Positions 45,601 to 56,200 of a DNA stretch of 64,000 bases are shown piece by piece. Under the pieces are notes generated by a model that was given only the letters and a program-made list of their open reading frames with translations, made no database searches and was not told the DNA's origin. Location: assembly GCA_037131225.1 (NCBI GenBank), contig JBAXRM010000001.1, positions 2,672-66,671 of the forward strand, in the 5' to 3' direction. Numbering within the stretch: position 1 is the stretch's first letter; every line of letters starts with the position of its first letter. The position numbers and the translations under genes are program-made. The DNA is from Nostocales cyanobacterium ELA583 (GTDB lineage: Bacteria > Cyanobacteriota > Cyanobacteriia > Cyanobacteriales > Nostocaceae).

Positions 45601-48166
45601 TGAGTGCACTTGTACTGAGCGTAGTCGAAGTAGTCGAACTATTAGCTGAAATATTGGCATTATTATAACCATCAATAGTAAGCTTTTCTCCATTCCAACC
45701 AATATCAGCTTGAATAGGTGAATCAATCCCTCCTAATCCTTGACTAAACCGCACCTGACCAACAGCAGCCACATCTGCTAATTTGGGAGCAGCTAAAATT
45801 CCTGATACTTGTAACTTCCCTCCCAACTGTCCTTTTAACTGCGGATTAAACGGGTTTAATTGTAAACCTGAAGTAGTTAATAATGCTTGATAATTACCAT
45901 TATTCAGTTGAATTTCAGAAGCCGTAACTGTCCCACTAGATAACTTGAATCTGCCTTTTCCCGACCCTTGAATAGTTTCTGGTTGGAATGATTCCACAGA
46001 ACCAGCTACTTGTAACTGTCCAGTAATCATACCCTGCATTTCTGGACGCAATTTCTGCGCCTCTACGAGTTTTGTTAAAGGGACATTATTAGCCTGAATT
46101 TTCGCCTGATAGCGACCTTCTTCAACTTGGATATTAGCGGCTTTAATTGTTCCTCGTCCAATAGATAGAAAGGCTTCACCGATTCCAGAGAAAGTTTTCA
46201 GGCTGAAATTTTCCCTATTACCAGTAATCATGAAATTACCTGCTAGGGGATTATTTAAAATGGGGTTGGCTTGTTTTAAGATTGTTCCTAAACGTAAATC
46301 TTTCCCTAGTAATAGGGCTGTAAAATTTTGATCTTGTAACTTAATTTGGGAAATATTAACTTGACCACCTGCAATATTAACATTGGCATTGTCAGGAATA
46401 ATTGTCTTTATTTGGAATGGTGAAGAATTTCCTGATAATTGCAGACCACCATTAAACTTGGCCCCAACCAGAGAAATATTTTCTTGCTGTTTTTGGTCAA
46501 CAAAAGCTGTTAATTTAATCCTGTTGGCTTGAGTTAAAGCTTGCCAACTCTTATTATTGTGATTATAAATACCACTGCCATTAATTATACCGCCACCAAC
46601 ATTGGCAACTACATCACGAAAAGAAACTGTGCGGTCGGGATTAATAATAGCTATCCCTGTGGCTGGATATTTGGCTTGAGGAGCTTGCCATTTAACTATA
46701 GTGTGGGTATCATTGGCAGCACCTTTTACCTCTGCGGTGGCTGTCATCAGTCCAATAGGGAATCCTGTTTTGATATTATATACTTGAGCGATCGCATCTC
46801 CAGGCACATTTTCGGCTCGGAGTCGAAAATCCAATGCAGATACTTTACCAAGTTGAATAATCCCCGCACCTTTAACATCCCCTCCATAAGTAGTTTTACT
46901 TTGAATATCTGTAATTTTTAACAGAGATTGACTACTAATAAGCTCAAATTTACTACTAACTTTCCCAAAATCAACTTGATCAATTCGGGCAGTTTTTAAC
47001 GTCCTCACATTACCGGACAACACTGGTTTAGTAATTGCTCCAATTAGCCGCAAATCGGCTTGAGCTATGCCACGCACCGGAAATGGTAATTTCACCTTCA
47101 AAGTTGTTTGAGCATTGGCCAAACTAACCGCATTCACACGCCCTTTTAAATTAAACCCTGCTTGCTGATCAATAGTCCCTGATGCTCTCAGAGGGATTTG
47201 TCCGTAGCTTGTAACTATATTATCTAGTTTAATTACCAGTCCATTAAAACTAAGATTCCCCTGACTATGATTGAGTAATTGGGGCAGTTTAGGGATTTGC
47301 ACAGTTACCTTTTCCATAGTAGCACTGCCATAAAGTAAGGTTTTTTGCTTTGGTATCACCTTAATTCGCAAATCACCATTTACCTTACCAGTTTGTAAAG
47401 TCAGTGGTAAAGTTACAATCCGGGTAATATCTGCGGCGAGGAGGTTTTGCCCTTGCAGTCGAAAATCCCCTGCTAAAGTTTTCTGAGGAATTAGATCTCC
47501 GGTAATGGAAATATTACCCCCACTGACTGTCTTACCAGCTAAGTCTAATTTAATCAGGTTATTTTCATTTAAAAGTTGAGTCGTCCCATTAATCCCAGCA
47601 AATCCCACAGGGACTGGTAAAGAAAGTTTTTCCCCTTCGTGGACTTTCGGTACTAATACTAAATTTGCATCCCGAAATCGCAACTTATCTAAATCAGTTT
47701 TAATCAGTGCTTTCCCGCTAGACGGAGCTATAGTAGTCGTTAACCAGCGTCCTTGACTATCCTGTTCAATATAAACATCTGGATTAATTAAAGTTACATC
47801 TAAGCGGAGATTGCGGTTAGTTATTAGCTGCCAAATATCAAATCCCACATCTACTGCTTTGATATTTGCCCTATCTGGATCCGTGGGTGTAGGGGGAATC
47901 TCGGAAGCAGCAAACTGAACGCCAGTTAGGGAAAAGGACTTAACTGCTCCCAGTTTGACTGGACGATTGAGAGTAGTCGTGAGATTTTGGCTAGCTAATG
48001 GTACTAATTCCTGGTAAACAAAACTTCTTAATCGCCAAACACCAAAAATAATTCCCAATAGCAACAAAGCACCTACACCTAATCCACCACGACTCAATAT
48101 CATCAACCATAGATGATTGATCCCAGTATTGGCGGGGTGAGAATTTTCACTAGGAGAATTAGACAT
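42656..48166 (-). CDS. tamB: translocation/assembly module TamB-like protein (DUF490-type C-terminus), 1836 aa
   Basis: Single N-terminal membrane anchor (GLGVGALLLLGIIFGVW), then about 1.7 kaa of repetitive beta-strand-like sequence rich in G/N/T/Q/L. The C-terminal block has the TamB/DUF490 character. The size matches cyanobacterial TamB/Tic236-like proteins. Confidence 0.7.
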   Translation of the reverse strand: MSNSPSENSHPANTGINHLWLMILSRGGLGVGALLLLGIIFGVWRLRSFVYQELVPLASQNLTTTLNRPVKLGAVKSFSLTGVQFAASEIPPTPTDPDRANIKAVDVGFDIWQLITNRNLRLDVTLINPDVYIEQDSQGRWLTTTIAPSSGKALIKTDLDKLRFRDANLVLVPKVHEGEKLSLPVPVGFAGINGTTQLLNENNLIKLDLAGKTVSGGNISITGDLIPQKTLAGDFRLQGQNLLAADITRIVTLPLTLQTGKVNGDLRIKVIPKQKTLLYGSATMEKVTVQIPKLPQLLNHSQGNLSFNGLVIKLDNIVTSYGQIPLRASGTIDQQAGFNLKGRVNAVSLANAQTTLKVKLPFPVRGIAQADLRLIGAITKPVLSGNVRTLKTARIDQVDFGKVSSKFELISSQSLLKITDIQSKTTYGGDVKGAGIIQLGKVSALDFRLRAENVPGDAIAQVYNIKTGFPIGLMTATAEVKGAANDTHTIVKWQAPQAKYPATGIAIINPDRTVSFRDVVANVGGGIINGSGIYNHNNKSWQALTQANRIKLTAFVDQKQQENISLVGAKFNGGLQLSGNSSPFQIKTIIPDNANVNIAGGQVNISQIKLQDQNFTALLLGKDLRLGTILKQANPILNNPLAGNFMITGNRENFSLKTFSGIGEAFLSIGRGTIKAANIQVEEGRYQAKIQANNVPLTKLVEAQKLRPEMQGMITGQLQVAGSVESFQPETIQGSGKGRFKLSSGTVTASEIQLNNGNYQALLTTSGLQLNPFNPQLKGQLGGKLQVSGILAAPKLADVAAVGQVRFSQGLGGIDSPIQADIGWNGEKLTIDGYNNANISANSSTTSTTLSTSALTIKGYLLTNARKADIPEITDVNFQIQAKNYNLERLPVPLPDLADVSGGLDFSGQVIGKPTAPNIIGKLGLRNLKVQKFAFEPLLIGNVNAVSGRGLSLDVTGVKDSRGVLRERIAFNLDGNNRPQSFFVQWRQALLSGAATGSNWGINIDNFPLKSLNIALPANTPLSPGDVRGLLTGKLQINSQTFSTAGNIAIEKPELGRIKGDRFTTQLRYNNNTFILGDSEFRKGESRYTFDANIKPWTKKPQLRAKINIDKGNIQDILTAAQIFDIQDFQRGLNAPTYGKATDLTTYSQGLPLESLLTQIQRLSEIDALLTAQQQQRIETKPVPELRDLKGILDGNISINTATTDEPRIKFDLQGQNFTWGKPTEPTRFYSAEEVIVKGSFAEGIYRLQPLRIQAQQKIIAFTGSIGGKEQSGKLKVENFPIQRLNNLVKLPLGITGKLNVNAAISGSISNPQARGELNITDGTIDKKPVESANASFSYANGRLNFGSQVLGVGAEPANISGSIPYTLPFASEKSNSDQVTLDVNIKNEGLTLLNLFTNDIFFEKGQGELDLKVRGTRRQPFVKGIAALNNATFSAQALPGKLTNVNGNAIFDLTRVFIKSLEGKFSNGNIKAVGELPIFDNPNLKIDVPLTVDLQQLLLNLKGLYQGGANGNLAITGSLLKPIIGGHIELFNGQVLLTESPDNNSSSSKINNQNKTDPENRITRLNNLELKLGRNIQISKPPVFKFQAAGDLIVNGSLAEPIPEGTIKLTKGAVNLFTTQLNLARGYKHTATFSARQPRDPNLDIRLFAKVLDITQNSDLSRQGSLGLAGLETVRVEASIDGLGSQINDNLQLKSNPSRSQTQIVTLLGGGFVDNQGRGDSSLGLINIAGSAVFSNFQGAFNEIGDAFGLSELRIFPTILAERPEAGRNNSSLELALEAGIDISPKFSLSTIKILTAGDPLQWGINYRINNQFRVRSSTNLTNDSRAVIEFERRF

Positions 48167-48254
48167 AGGTTTTTACTCTTTGAATTACCAGAATATCCGG
48201 CAAAATATTCACTACACAGCAATACCTTAGCCAAATCAAAAAATTTCTTGATTC

Positions 48255-48320
48255 GTAGGTTGGGTTGAAGCATGAAAACCAACGTATTTGTTGGGTTTCC
48301 CTTTGCTCAACCCAACCTAC
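48255..48320. repeat. hairpin dispersed repeat GTAGGTTGGGTTGARCA ... TGCTCAACCCAACCTAC
   Basis: Stem arms at 48255-48272 and 48304-48320. A partial copy (gtaggttgggtt) lies at 26409-26420. It underlies the spurious 103-aa track ORF. Confidence 0.7.
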
Positions 48321-48598
48321 AGAAAAATGGCGAAGGTATTGACACAGAACAAGACAATCCTTAATGTTGTCTAGTGTACTATGAATATAAATTAATTTTG
48401 ACATAATCTCACGTTTAACTATTAGAGTATAACGGGACGAGTACAGAAATAACAGCCTGGGTTTGGGCAAAATTAGAAGCTTATATCTTTTGGTGTACGC
48501 CTAGTTCTCTATGATTTCACAAAAATTATCAGAGATTTTCATGAATATACAGCTTGGAACTTTATGATAAATTAGATAACCAATTATAAGGATAGATA

Positions 48599-49018
48599 AT
48601 GCGTGTTTTTGTACTGATTTTCAATGCTGGTACTGATAATGAGGGGATTCACAGCATTCGGATTAGCAATGCTAAAGGGATAGAAGGGAACAAAATCCTC
48701 ATGTTTGAATCAGAGGATGATGCCACTCGCTTTGCTTTAATGTTAGAAGCTCAAGATTTTGCTGTGCCGACAGTGGAAATGATGAATGCTGACGATGTTA
48801 AGGAATTTTGCGAAAGCACTGGCTATGATTGGGAAGTGGTTCCTGAAAATAGTGAATTAGTATTGCCACCAGAAATAAACGTGGAACAAACTGATTGGCA
48901 AGCGGAACCAGAAATGGCGGATACTAACGAAGACTTTTCATCTTTCAATCCACCTATGCCAGAAATTGCTAATTCTGATCTAGACAGCTTTCGGCGCAAA
49001 CTGGAAGGCTTACTATAG
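48599..49018 (+). CDS. DUF3110 domain-containing protein
   Basis: MRVFVLIFNAGTDNEGIHS....KILMFESEDDATRFALMLEAQDF matches the DUF3110 N-terminal block as I recall it. Acidic C-terminus. Confidence 0.55.
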   Translation: MRVFVLIFNAGTDNEGIHSIRISNAKGIEGNKILMFESEDDATRFALMLEAQDFAVPTVEMMNADDVKEFCESTGYDWEVVPENSELVLPPEINVEQTDWQAEPEMADTNEDFSSFNPPMPEIANSDLDSFRRKLEGLL

Positions 49019-49070
49019 TTTATCAAGAATCATTCAGTCATAACAACGAACAACTGACAACTAACACAAA

Positions 49071-50015
<945 letters not shown>

Positions 50016-50471
50016 AACGCTTGCGGAGGCTGAGTTTCGTGAATACTCCGGTGGGTTATCTCTGCCATTGATATCTTAACCATCTTGTCTGTTACTATAC
50101 AATTATAATCAGAATATTTAACCAACCAAGTTGCTAATACCGCAGAACAGAATCAGAAAATAGGTAATTGGTAATTACTTACTACTTGATGTATCCTAAA
50201 ATAAGCATTTTCACTGATATAGTATCTTAAGTAAAATGACTATAATATTACAAGACTATTTAGTACAACAGATGTTTAGTTGGCATACCCCTGTATCAAT
50301 CCTATACTTTTTAATATCAACTACCAGCCAAAGTATTAAGTAATATTACATAATAACAAAAGCCAAATTGCATTTTAGTGTTTTTAATCCTTCACTGCAA
50401 TTCAATTATCAAATAAAGAAGCCAAGCATTGATTTTTATAAATAGCTAATCAATAAATTTTCGGGAAAAGT

Positions 50472-51677
50472 ATGATGACCAACCCAGAAGTAACAGAAGC
50501 GCAAAACCTATTTAATCAGTTTAAAAAGTGTATTCAGCTACAATACAACGGACAACTAAATATCAAGAGTTCTAAAGGGCGGAAATGGACTTTCTACTAT
50601 CGTTTAGGCAGAATAGTCTGGGCTACAGGTAGTGATCATCCCTTCAGACGTTGGCGTAGAAACATGGCGCAACATTGTCCTAATGTTGATGTCAATAAAA
50701 TTCGCTGTCGTGATGAAGATATAGCTATTGACTATTGGGATTATCAACTTCTAGACATTTTATATAAAAGACAAAAAATCCAAAGAGAAAAAATTCACGC
50801 CATTGTCGAAAGCACTATAGCCGAATTATTTTTTGACCTGGCACAGGAACTAGATTTTGCCTCTGTTACTTGCAATTATGCTAAAGGTGTGCTTCTGGAA
50901 ATGCCTATGAGTTTCACTAATGCGGATATGTCCATTAGGCAAATGCAAGATGCGTGGTCAATTTGGTCGCAAGCTGGGTTAGCAAATATTTATCCCAATT
51001 TATCACCTGTGTTGCGCCGACCAGAACAACTACAGCAAATGGTAAATCCATCTGTATACAAAAATTTTGTTAATTTAATCGATGGTCAATTCACATTAAG
51101 AGAGTTAGGAATAAAAATGAAACAAGATGTCCTACCTGTTTCTCGTTCCTTACTTCCCTATATCCTTAAAGGCATTATTGAATTAGTATCAGTACCTGAT
51201 TTACCTTTAACAGTTGAATCCAGCCGTTCTATAATCAAGCAACCCACAAAGCAAGCTGCTCCATTAATAGCCTGTGTAGATGATAGTCCCCAGGTGTGTA
51301 AAATATTAGAAGAAATTATGACCCGGTATGGACTGAGATTTGTTAAAATCCAAGATGCTGTGCAAGCTTTACCTATTCTCATCCAAGAAAAACCAGACTT
51401 AATTTTCTTAGATTTGATTATGCCCATAGCCAGTGGTTATGAAATTTGCACACAATTACGCAGAATTTCTGCTTTTGCGGACACACCAGTAATTATATTA
51501 ACTGGTAATGATGGCTTGGTAGACAGAGTTCGTGCCAAAGTTGTTGGCTCTACAGATTTTATGTCTAAGCCAATAGTAGCTGATCGGGTTATGAATATGG
51601 TTCGTAAATACTTAGCCATACCAAATTCATTAAATAATAATGGTGCTAATTTAAAAGTTGTCAGTAAGAATGATTAA
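50472..51677 (+). CDS. PatA-type response regulator (N-terminal PATAN-like domain + C-terminal receiver), PixG/PilG-like
   Basis: The C-terminal receiver has CVDDSP...DLIFLDLIMPIASGYE...PVIILTG...DFMSKP. An N-terminal region of about 270 aa, as in PatA-subfamily regulators, opens this Pix/Pil-type chemotaxis-like operon. Confidence 0.8.
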   Translation: MMTNPEVTEAQNLFNQFKKCIQLQYNGQLNIKSSKGRKWTFYYRLGRIVWATGSDHPFRRWRRNMAQHCPNVDVNKIRCRDEDIAIDYWDYQLLDILYKRQKIQREKIHAIVESTIAELFFDLAQELDFASVTCNYAKGVLLEMPMSFTNADMSIRQMQDAWSIWSQAGLANIYPNLSPVLRRPEQLQQMVNPSVYKNFVNLIDGQFTLRELGIKMKQDVLPVSRSLLPYILKGIIELVSVPDLPLTVESSRSIIKQPTKQAAPLIACVDDSPQVCKILEEIMTRYGLRFVKIQDAVQALPILIQEKPDLIFLDLIMPIASGYEICTQLRRISAFADTPVIILTGNDGLVDRVRAKVVGSTDFMSKPIVADRVMNMVRKYLAIPNSLNNNGANLKVVSKND

Positions 51678-52073
51678 AGTTCATAATTTTTACGGATATA
51701 ACTATAACAGAATAGTGTTAAGATTAACGACATTAACTGGAGATTATTGTCCTGGTGGCAACTAGTACCGCTTTGCGGAAGTCAAAATCAAAAGTCAAAA
51801 GTAATATGGAATCAGCTTTTGGACGATTGAGAATGGTTCATTAACTTACGCCGCAGTGTACTAGCATTAAATCCTTGTAAGACAGACTTATCAAACCTAA
51901 AATTAGTGATTAGGTATGTTAATTTATGTTGAATACGCAGTTTTAAGGGAGAAATATCTATACAATGTATCAAGTGAGATAAAATAAAACGTCAATAACT
52001 GTTTATTGAATCTGTTTAATAGGATATTCCAGTTTTTGTTAACATTCTTAAAAGAATTAAATAGGTAATTATC

Positions 52074-52439
52074 ATGAGTACCGTTCTAGTGGTGGAAGAT
52101 GGCATAACTGATATGCAGGTTATCAGTAAATACTTGCAACAAGCTGGTTATTCCGTAGTTTGTGCTACAAGTAGTGCAGAAGCACAATCTAAAATAGGTA
52201 GTGCTAAACCAGATGTGATAGTTCTAGATGTAATTTTGCCTGATAAAAGCGGCTATGAAATTTGTCGAGAGTTAAAAGATAATGTCGAAACTAGCAACAT
52301 TCCTGTAGTTTTTTGCTCTACTAAAAGCAGCGATGTAGATAAAATGTGGGGGAATATGTTAGGTGCTGATGCTTATCTAGCTAAACCAGTAGATAAGGAA
52401 GAATTGATGCGGACTTTGAAAGAATTAATTAAATCCTAG
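52074..52439 (+). CDS. CheY-like single-domain response regulator (PixH/PilH-like)
   Basis: 121 aa with VLVVEDG, DVIVLDVILPDKSGYE and AYLAKP. Confidence 0.9.
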   Translation: MSTVLVVEDGITDMQVISKYLQQAGYSVVCATSSAEAQSKIGSAKPDVIVLDVILPDKSGYEICRELKDNVETSNIPVVFCSTKSSDVDKMWGNMLGADAYLAKPVDKEELMRTLKELIKS

Positions 52440-52516
52440 ATTGTATATTGGTCACTTATTCGTAGTGACTAAGGAACGCAAATTTAATAACCTGCAATTC
52501 CGAGTTAACGTAGAAT

Positions 52517-52535
52517 GGTGCGTAACGCACCCTAC
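52517..52535. repeat. short dispersed repeat GGTGCGTAACGCACCCTAC
   Basis: Palindromic core ggtgcgtaacgcacc. A related, longer copy lies at 62043-62120 (gtagggtgt...aatggtgcgttacg...acaccctac). Confidence 0.5.
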
Positions 52536-52597
52536 TTTTGCAATTTATTTAATTCACATTCCTAAGAAGAATTTTCGAGGGTAAAAGGAAACTAACT

Positions 52598-53071
52598 TTG
52601 GAAACCAAACAAAAATTTTTAAGCTTTTCTTTGGGAGTAAGTGACACGGCAGTAATTCCCCTAGAACAAATTACAGAAGTTGTGCAAATACCACTAACAG
52701 AAATATGTGGTGTTCCCCAAATGCCTAATTGTGTTGTCGGGATTTATAACTGGAGGGGGGAAATGTTGTGGTTGGTTGATTTGGAAGAAATGCTAGGTTA
52801 TCCACCACTTTTACAAGGATCGAATTTCTTATCCAAAATGATGGCATTAGTGTTAGAACATGATGGGAAGTATTTAGGAATATTAATCCGTCAACTGATA
52901 GATATTGATTGGTTGAATACTCAAGAAATGAAACAAACATCTGGTGAGGTATTCTATCCAGAAATGACTCCTTTTTTGCAAGGGTATTTCATCAATAATT
53001 CCGAACAAATGATTTTCAATTTGGATGCTTCAGCTATGTTGCAAAATTCTATGTGGCTAACACATAACTAA
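52598..53071 (+). CDS. CheW-like coupling protein (PixI/PilI-like)
   Basis: FLSFSLG......IPLEQITEV......I..VP.MP..V.G..NWRGE.LW..DL is the CheW fold pattern. TTG start, as given in the track. Confidence 0.85.
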   Translation: METKQKFLSFSLGVSDTAVIPLEQITEVVQIPLTEICGVPQMPNCVVGIYNWRGEMLWLVDLEEMLGYPPLLQGSNFLSKMMALVLEHDGKYLGILIRQLIDIDWLNTQEMKQTSGEVFYPEMTPFLQGYFINNSEQMIFNLDASAMLQNSMWLTHN

Positions 53072-53153
53072 GGAAAGGAGTCAGCACTTCGACTTCGCTC
53101 AGTGACCAGTCAGTAGTCAATAAAAAATAAGAAGTTTAGTAATCATAATTTTT

Positions 53154-53195
53154 ATTCCCTATTCCCTGTTCCCTGTTCCCTGTTCCCTATTCCTT
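53154..53195. repeat. heptamer array (RTTCCCT)x6 just upstream of the MCP gene
   Basis: attccct attccct gttccct gttccct gttccct attcctt. It ends 25 nt before the ATG at 53220. Confidence 0.85.
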
Positions 53196-53219
53196 ACTAT
53201 AATTATTGAGGTTAATGGC

Positions 53220-56200
53220 ATGACGACTTTATATCAAAACCCAAATGAAGATGCTGGAAATGGTTTTACTACAGCACAAAGCGAAGAAAAGAAGAAAGTG
53301 AATGGCAATGGTGCTAATTATGATTCATCTAATAAGGGTTTAATTGCTCAAGAATTTAAAATCTGGAGACAGCGGTTTCAGGAAATAACCGCCAAAATGC
53401 GTCAAGTCGCAGATTTGGAAAAGTTATTACCCGTGACGGTGGCAGAAGTTAGAGATAAGTTGGTATGCGATAGCGAAGCGCCGCGGCGAGCAGATCGCGT
53501 CTTAATTTACCAATTTACCACAAATGATATCGGAACTATTGTAGCTGAATCAAGAGCCACTGGTTGGACACCTACTATTAATGAAAATCTGGCAGCTATT
53601 TTGTTTGGTGTCTACACAAGTCAAGAATATTTAGAACCTGTAATTATTGACGATATCAATCAAATTCAAGTCACTCCTTATCAAAAGCAGCTACTAGATA
53701 AATTTCAAGTTAGATCCAGTCTCAGTTTACCGATTTTTGTTGATAGTAAAGTGTGGGGTTTATTAGTAGTTCATAGTTGTGGAGTACCTCGACAATGGCA
53801 GGAAACAGAAACCACCCTTTTATCACAAATTGCCACAGAAATTACTTACAGATTTCAGGGATTTAAATTACAAAGAGAACTTAAACAATCTTCTCTAGCC
53901 AAGCAATCAGCAGCGAAAGTTATTACCAAGATTTTACAACAGCCAGATGTTGAAAAAATCTTTCAAACTACTACTCAAGAAGTCCGGCAATTATTGAAAT
54001 GCGATCGCGTGGGAGTTTATCGTTTTAATGATGATTGGAGTGGGCAATTTGTATCTGAATCTGTGGGAAATAATTGGGTAAAAGTAGTGACTCCCGGTTA
54101 TCAAATGGTTTGGGAAGATACCCACCTCCAAGATACCAAAGGTGGTAGATATGCCAAAGGTGAAAGCTTTGTTGTTAACGACACCTATAAAATCGGTTTA
54201 GCTCAATGCCACATTGATATTTTAGAACAGTTTGAAGCTAAAGCTTATATTATTTCTCCTATTTTCTCTGGAGAAAAATTATGGGGTTTACTTGCAGCTT
54301 ATCAAAATACTGGAGCGCGGGAATGGCAAGATTGGGAAGTGAGCTTTTTAAATCAGATTGGTTCACAATTTGGTGTAGCTGTTTCCCAAGGAGAATATCT
54401 AGGAACAGTTCAGAAACAAAAAGAACAATTAGGACAAATAGCCAAACAAGAAAAAGCCTTAACTAAGATAGTCAGCCGCATTAGACAATCCTTAGATATA
54501 GGAGAAATCTTTAAGATTGCTACCCAAGAAATGCGTCAGGTTTTAAAATGCGATCGCGTTGCAGTATTTAAATTTCACCCTAATTTTAGTGGCGAATTTA
54601 TCGCAGAATCAGTCAGTCAAGGTTGGGTAAGATTAGTTGATACTACACGTAAAGAACTGGTTGAAGATACATTTTTTCAAGAAACTAAGGGGGCGCGATT
54701 TGCTAAGGGAGAAACCATTGCTGTTAATGATATCTATGCTGCGAATATTACCCCTTGCTATTTAGAATTACTTGAACAATTTGAAACCAAAGCCTATATT
54801 AATGTTCCGATTTTCTTTGATGAGCAATTATGGGGTTTATTAGCAGCTTATCAAAATAGTGATACTCGTGAATGGCAAACCTCAGAAGTGAGTTTCTTGA
54901 GTCAAGTAGCTCTACAATTTAGTTTAGCAAAAACTCAGATAGATTATTTAGCAGAACTCACACGAAGAGCAGAACAAGAAACAGCAATTAATAGGATTGT
55001 GAATAAAATTCGTCAATCCTTAGATACAGAAGAAATCTTCCGCACCACTACTCAAGAAATAAGAGCGGCTTTACAATGCGATCGCGTAGCAGTGTATGAA
55101 TTTACACCAGATTGGGGTGGTAGATTTGTTCATGAATCAGTAGGTGTAGGTTGGACACAATTAGTCGGACCAAATATCAAAACAGTTTTGGATGATACCT
55201 ACTTACAAGATAGCAAAGGTGGCAGATATGCTAAAGGAGAAACCTTTGTTGTTAATAACACCTATAAAATAGGTTTGGCTGACTGTCATATCAAGATATT
55301 GGAACAATTTGAAGCTAAATCTTATGTGATTGTTCCCATCTTCTTTGGTGATAAATTATGGGGTTTATTAGGAGCTTATCAAAATACTGGAGCTAGAGAA
55401 TGGAATCCCTCAGAAGTTAACTTCTTAAAACAAATCGGCTTACAATTTAGCCTCGCTAAATCCCAAGTTGATTATGTGGAAAAAGTTCAGGAACAATCAG
55501 CAGAATTAGCGAAATTAGTTGAACAAGAAAAAACAGTTAATAAGATTGTTAACCGCATTCGTCAAGCAGCTAATATAGAAGATATTTTCAAAACTACCAC
55601 CCAAGAAGTTCGCCAAGCTTTGAAGTGCGATCGCGTGGGAGTCTATCAATTTCACCCTGATTGGAGTGGCACATTTATCGCTGAATCAGTGGCTAGTGGT
55701 TGGACAAAAGTAGTCACACCAGAATTCCAAATGGTCTGGCCAGATACTCATCTCCAAGAAACCCAAGGTGGTAGATATGCTAAAGGTGAAAGTTTCGTAG
55801 TTAATGACATTTATCAAGTCGGCCATGCTCAATGTCACATCGAGATTTTAGAGCAGATTGAAGTCAAAGCTTACATGATTGTCCCCATTTTCTTTGAAGA
55901 TAAATTATGGGGTTTATTGGCGGCTTATCAAAACACGGGAACAAGACAATGGCAAGAATCAGAAATTAACTTCTTAACTCAAATAGGGTTACAATTTAGC
56001 CTCGCTAAATCCCAGATTGACTACATCCAAAAAATTCAACGCCAAACAGGAGAATTAGCCAAAGTTGCTGAACAAGAAAAAGCTGTTAATAAAATAGTTG
56101 CTCGGATTCGTCAAGCTATTGGTGTGGAAGATATTTTTAAAACCACAACTCAAGAAGTTCGCCAAGCCTTAAAATGCGATCGCGTGGGAGTCTATCAATT

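Noticed and set aside
43659-46921. Several 63-126-aa ORFs on both strands within the tamB-like gene
   Set aside because: All are embedded in the continuous 1836-aa ORF and have low-complexity translations. They are shadow ORFs.
48159-48470. 103-aa minus-strand ORF upstream of the tamB-like gene
   Set aside because: It is built on the GTAGGTTGGGTT hairpin repeat (VGWVEQRETQQ translation) and overlaps the tamB start. No family resemblance.
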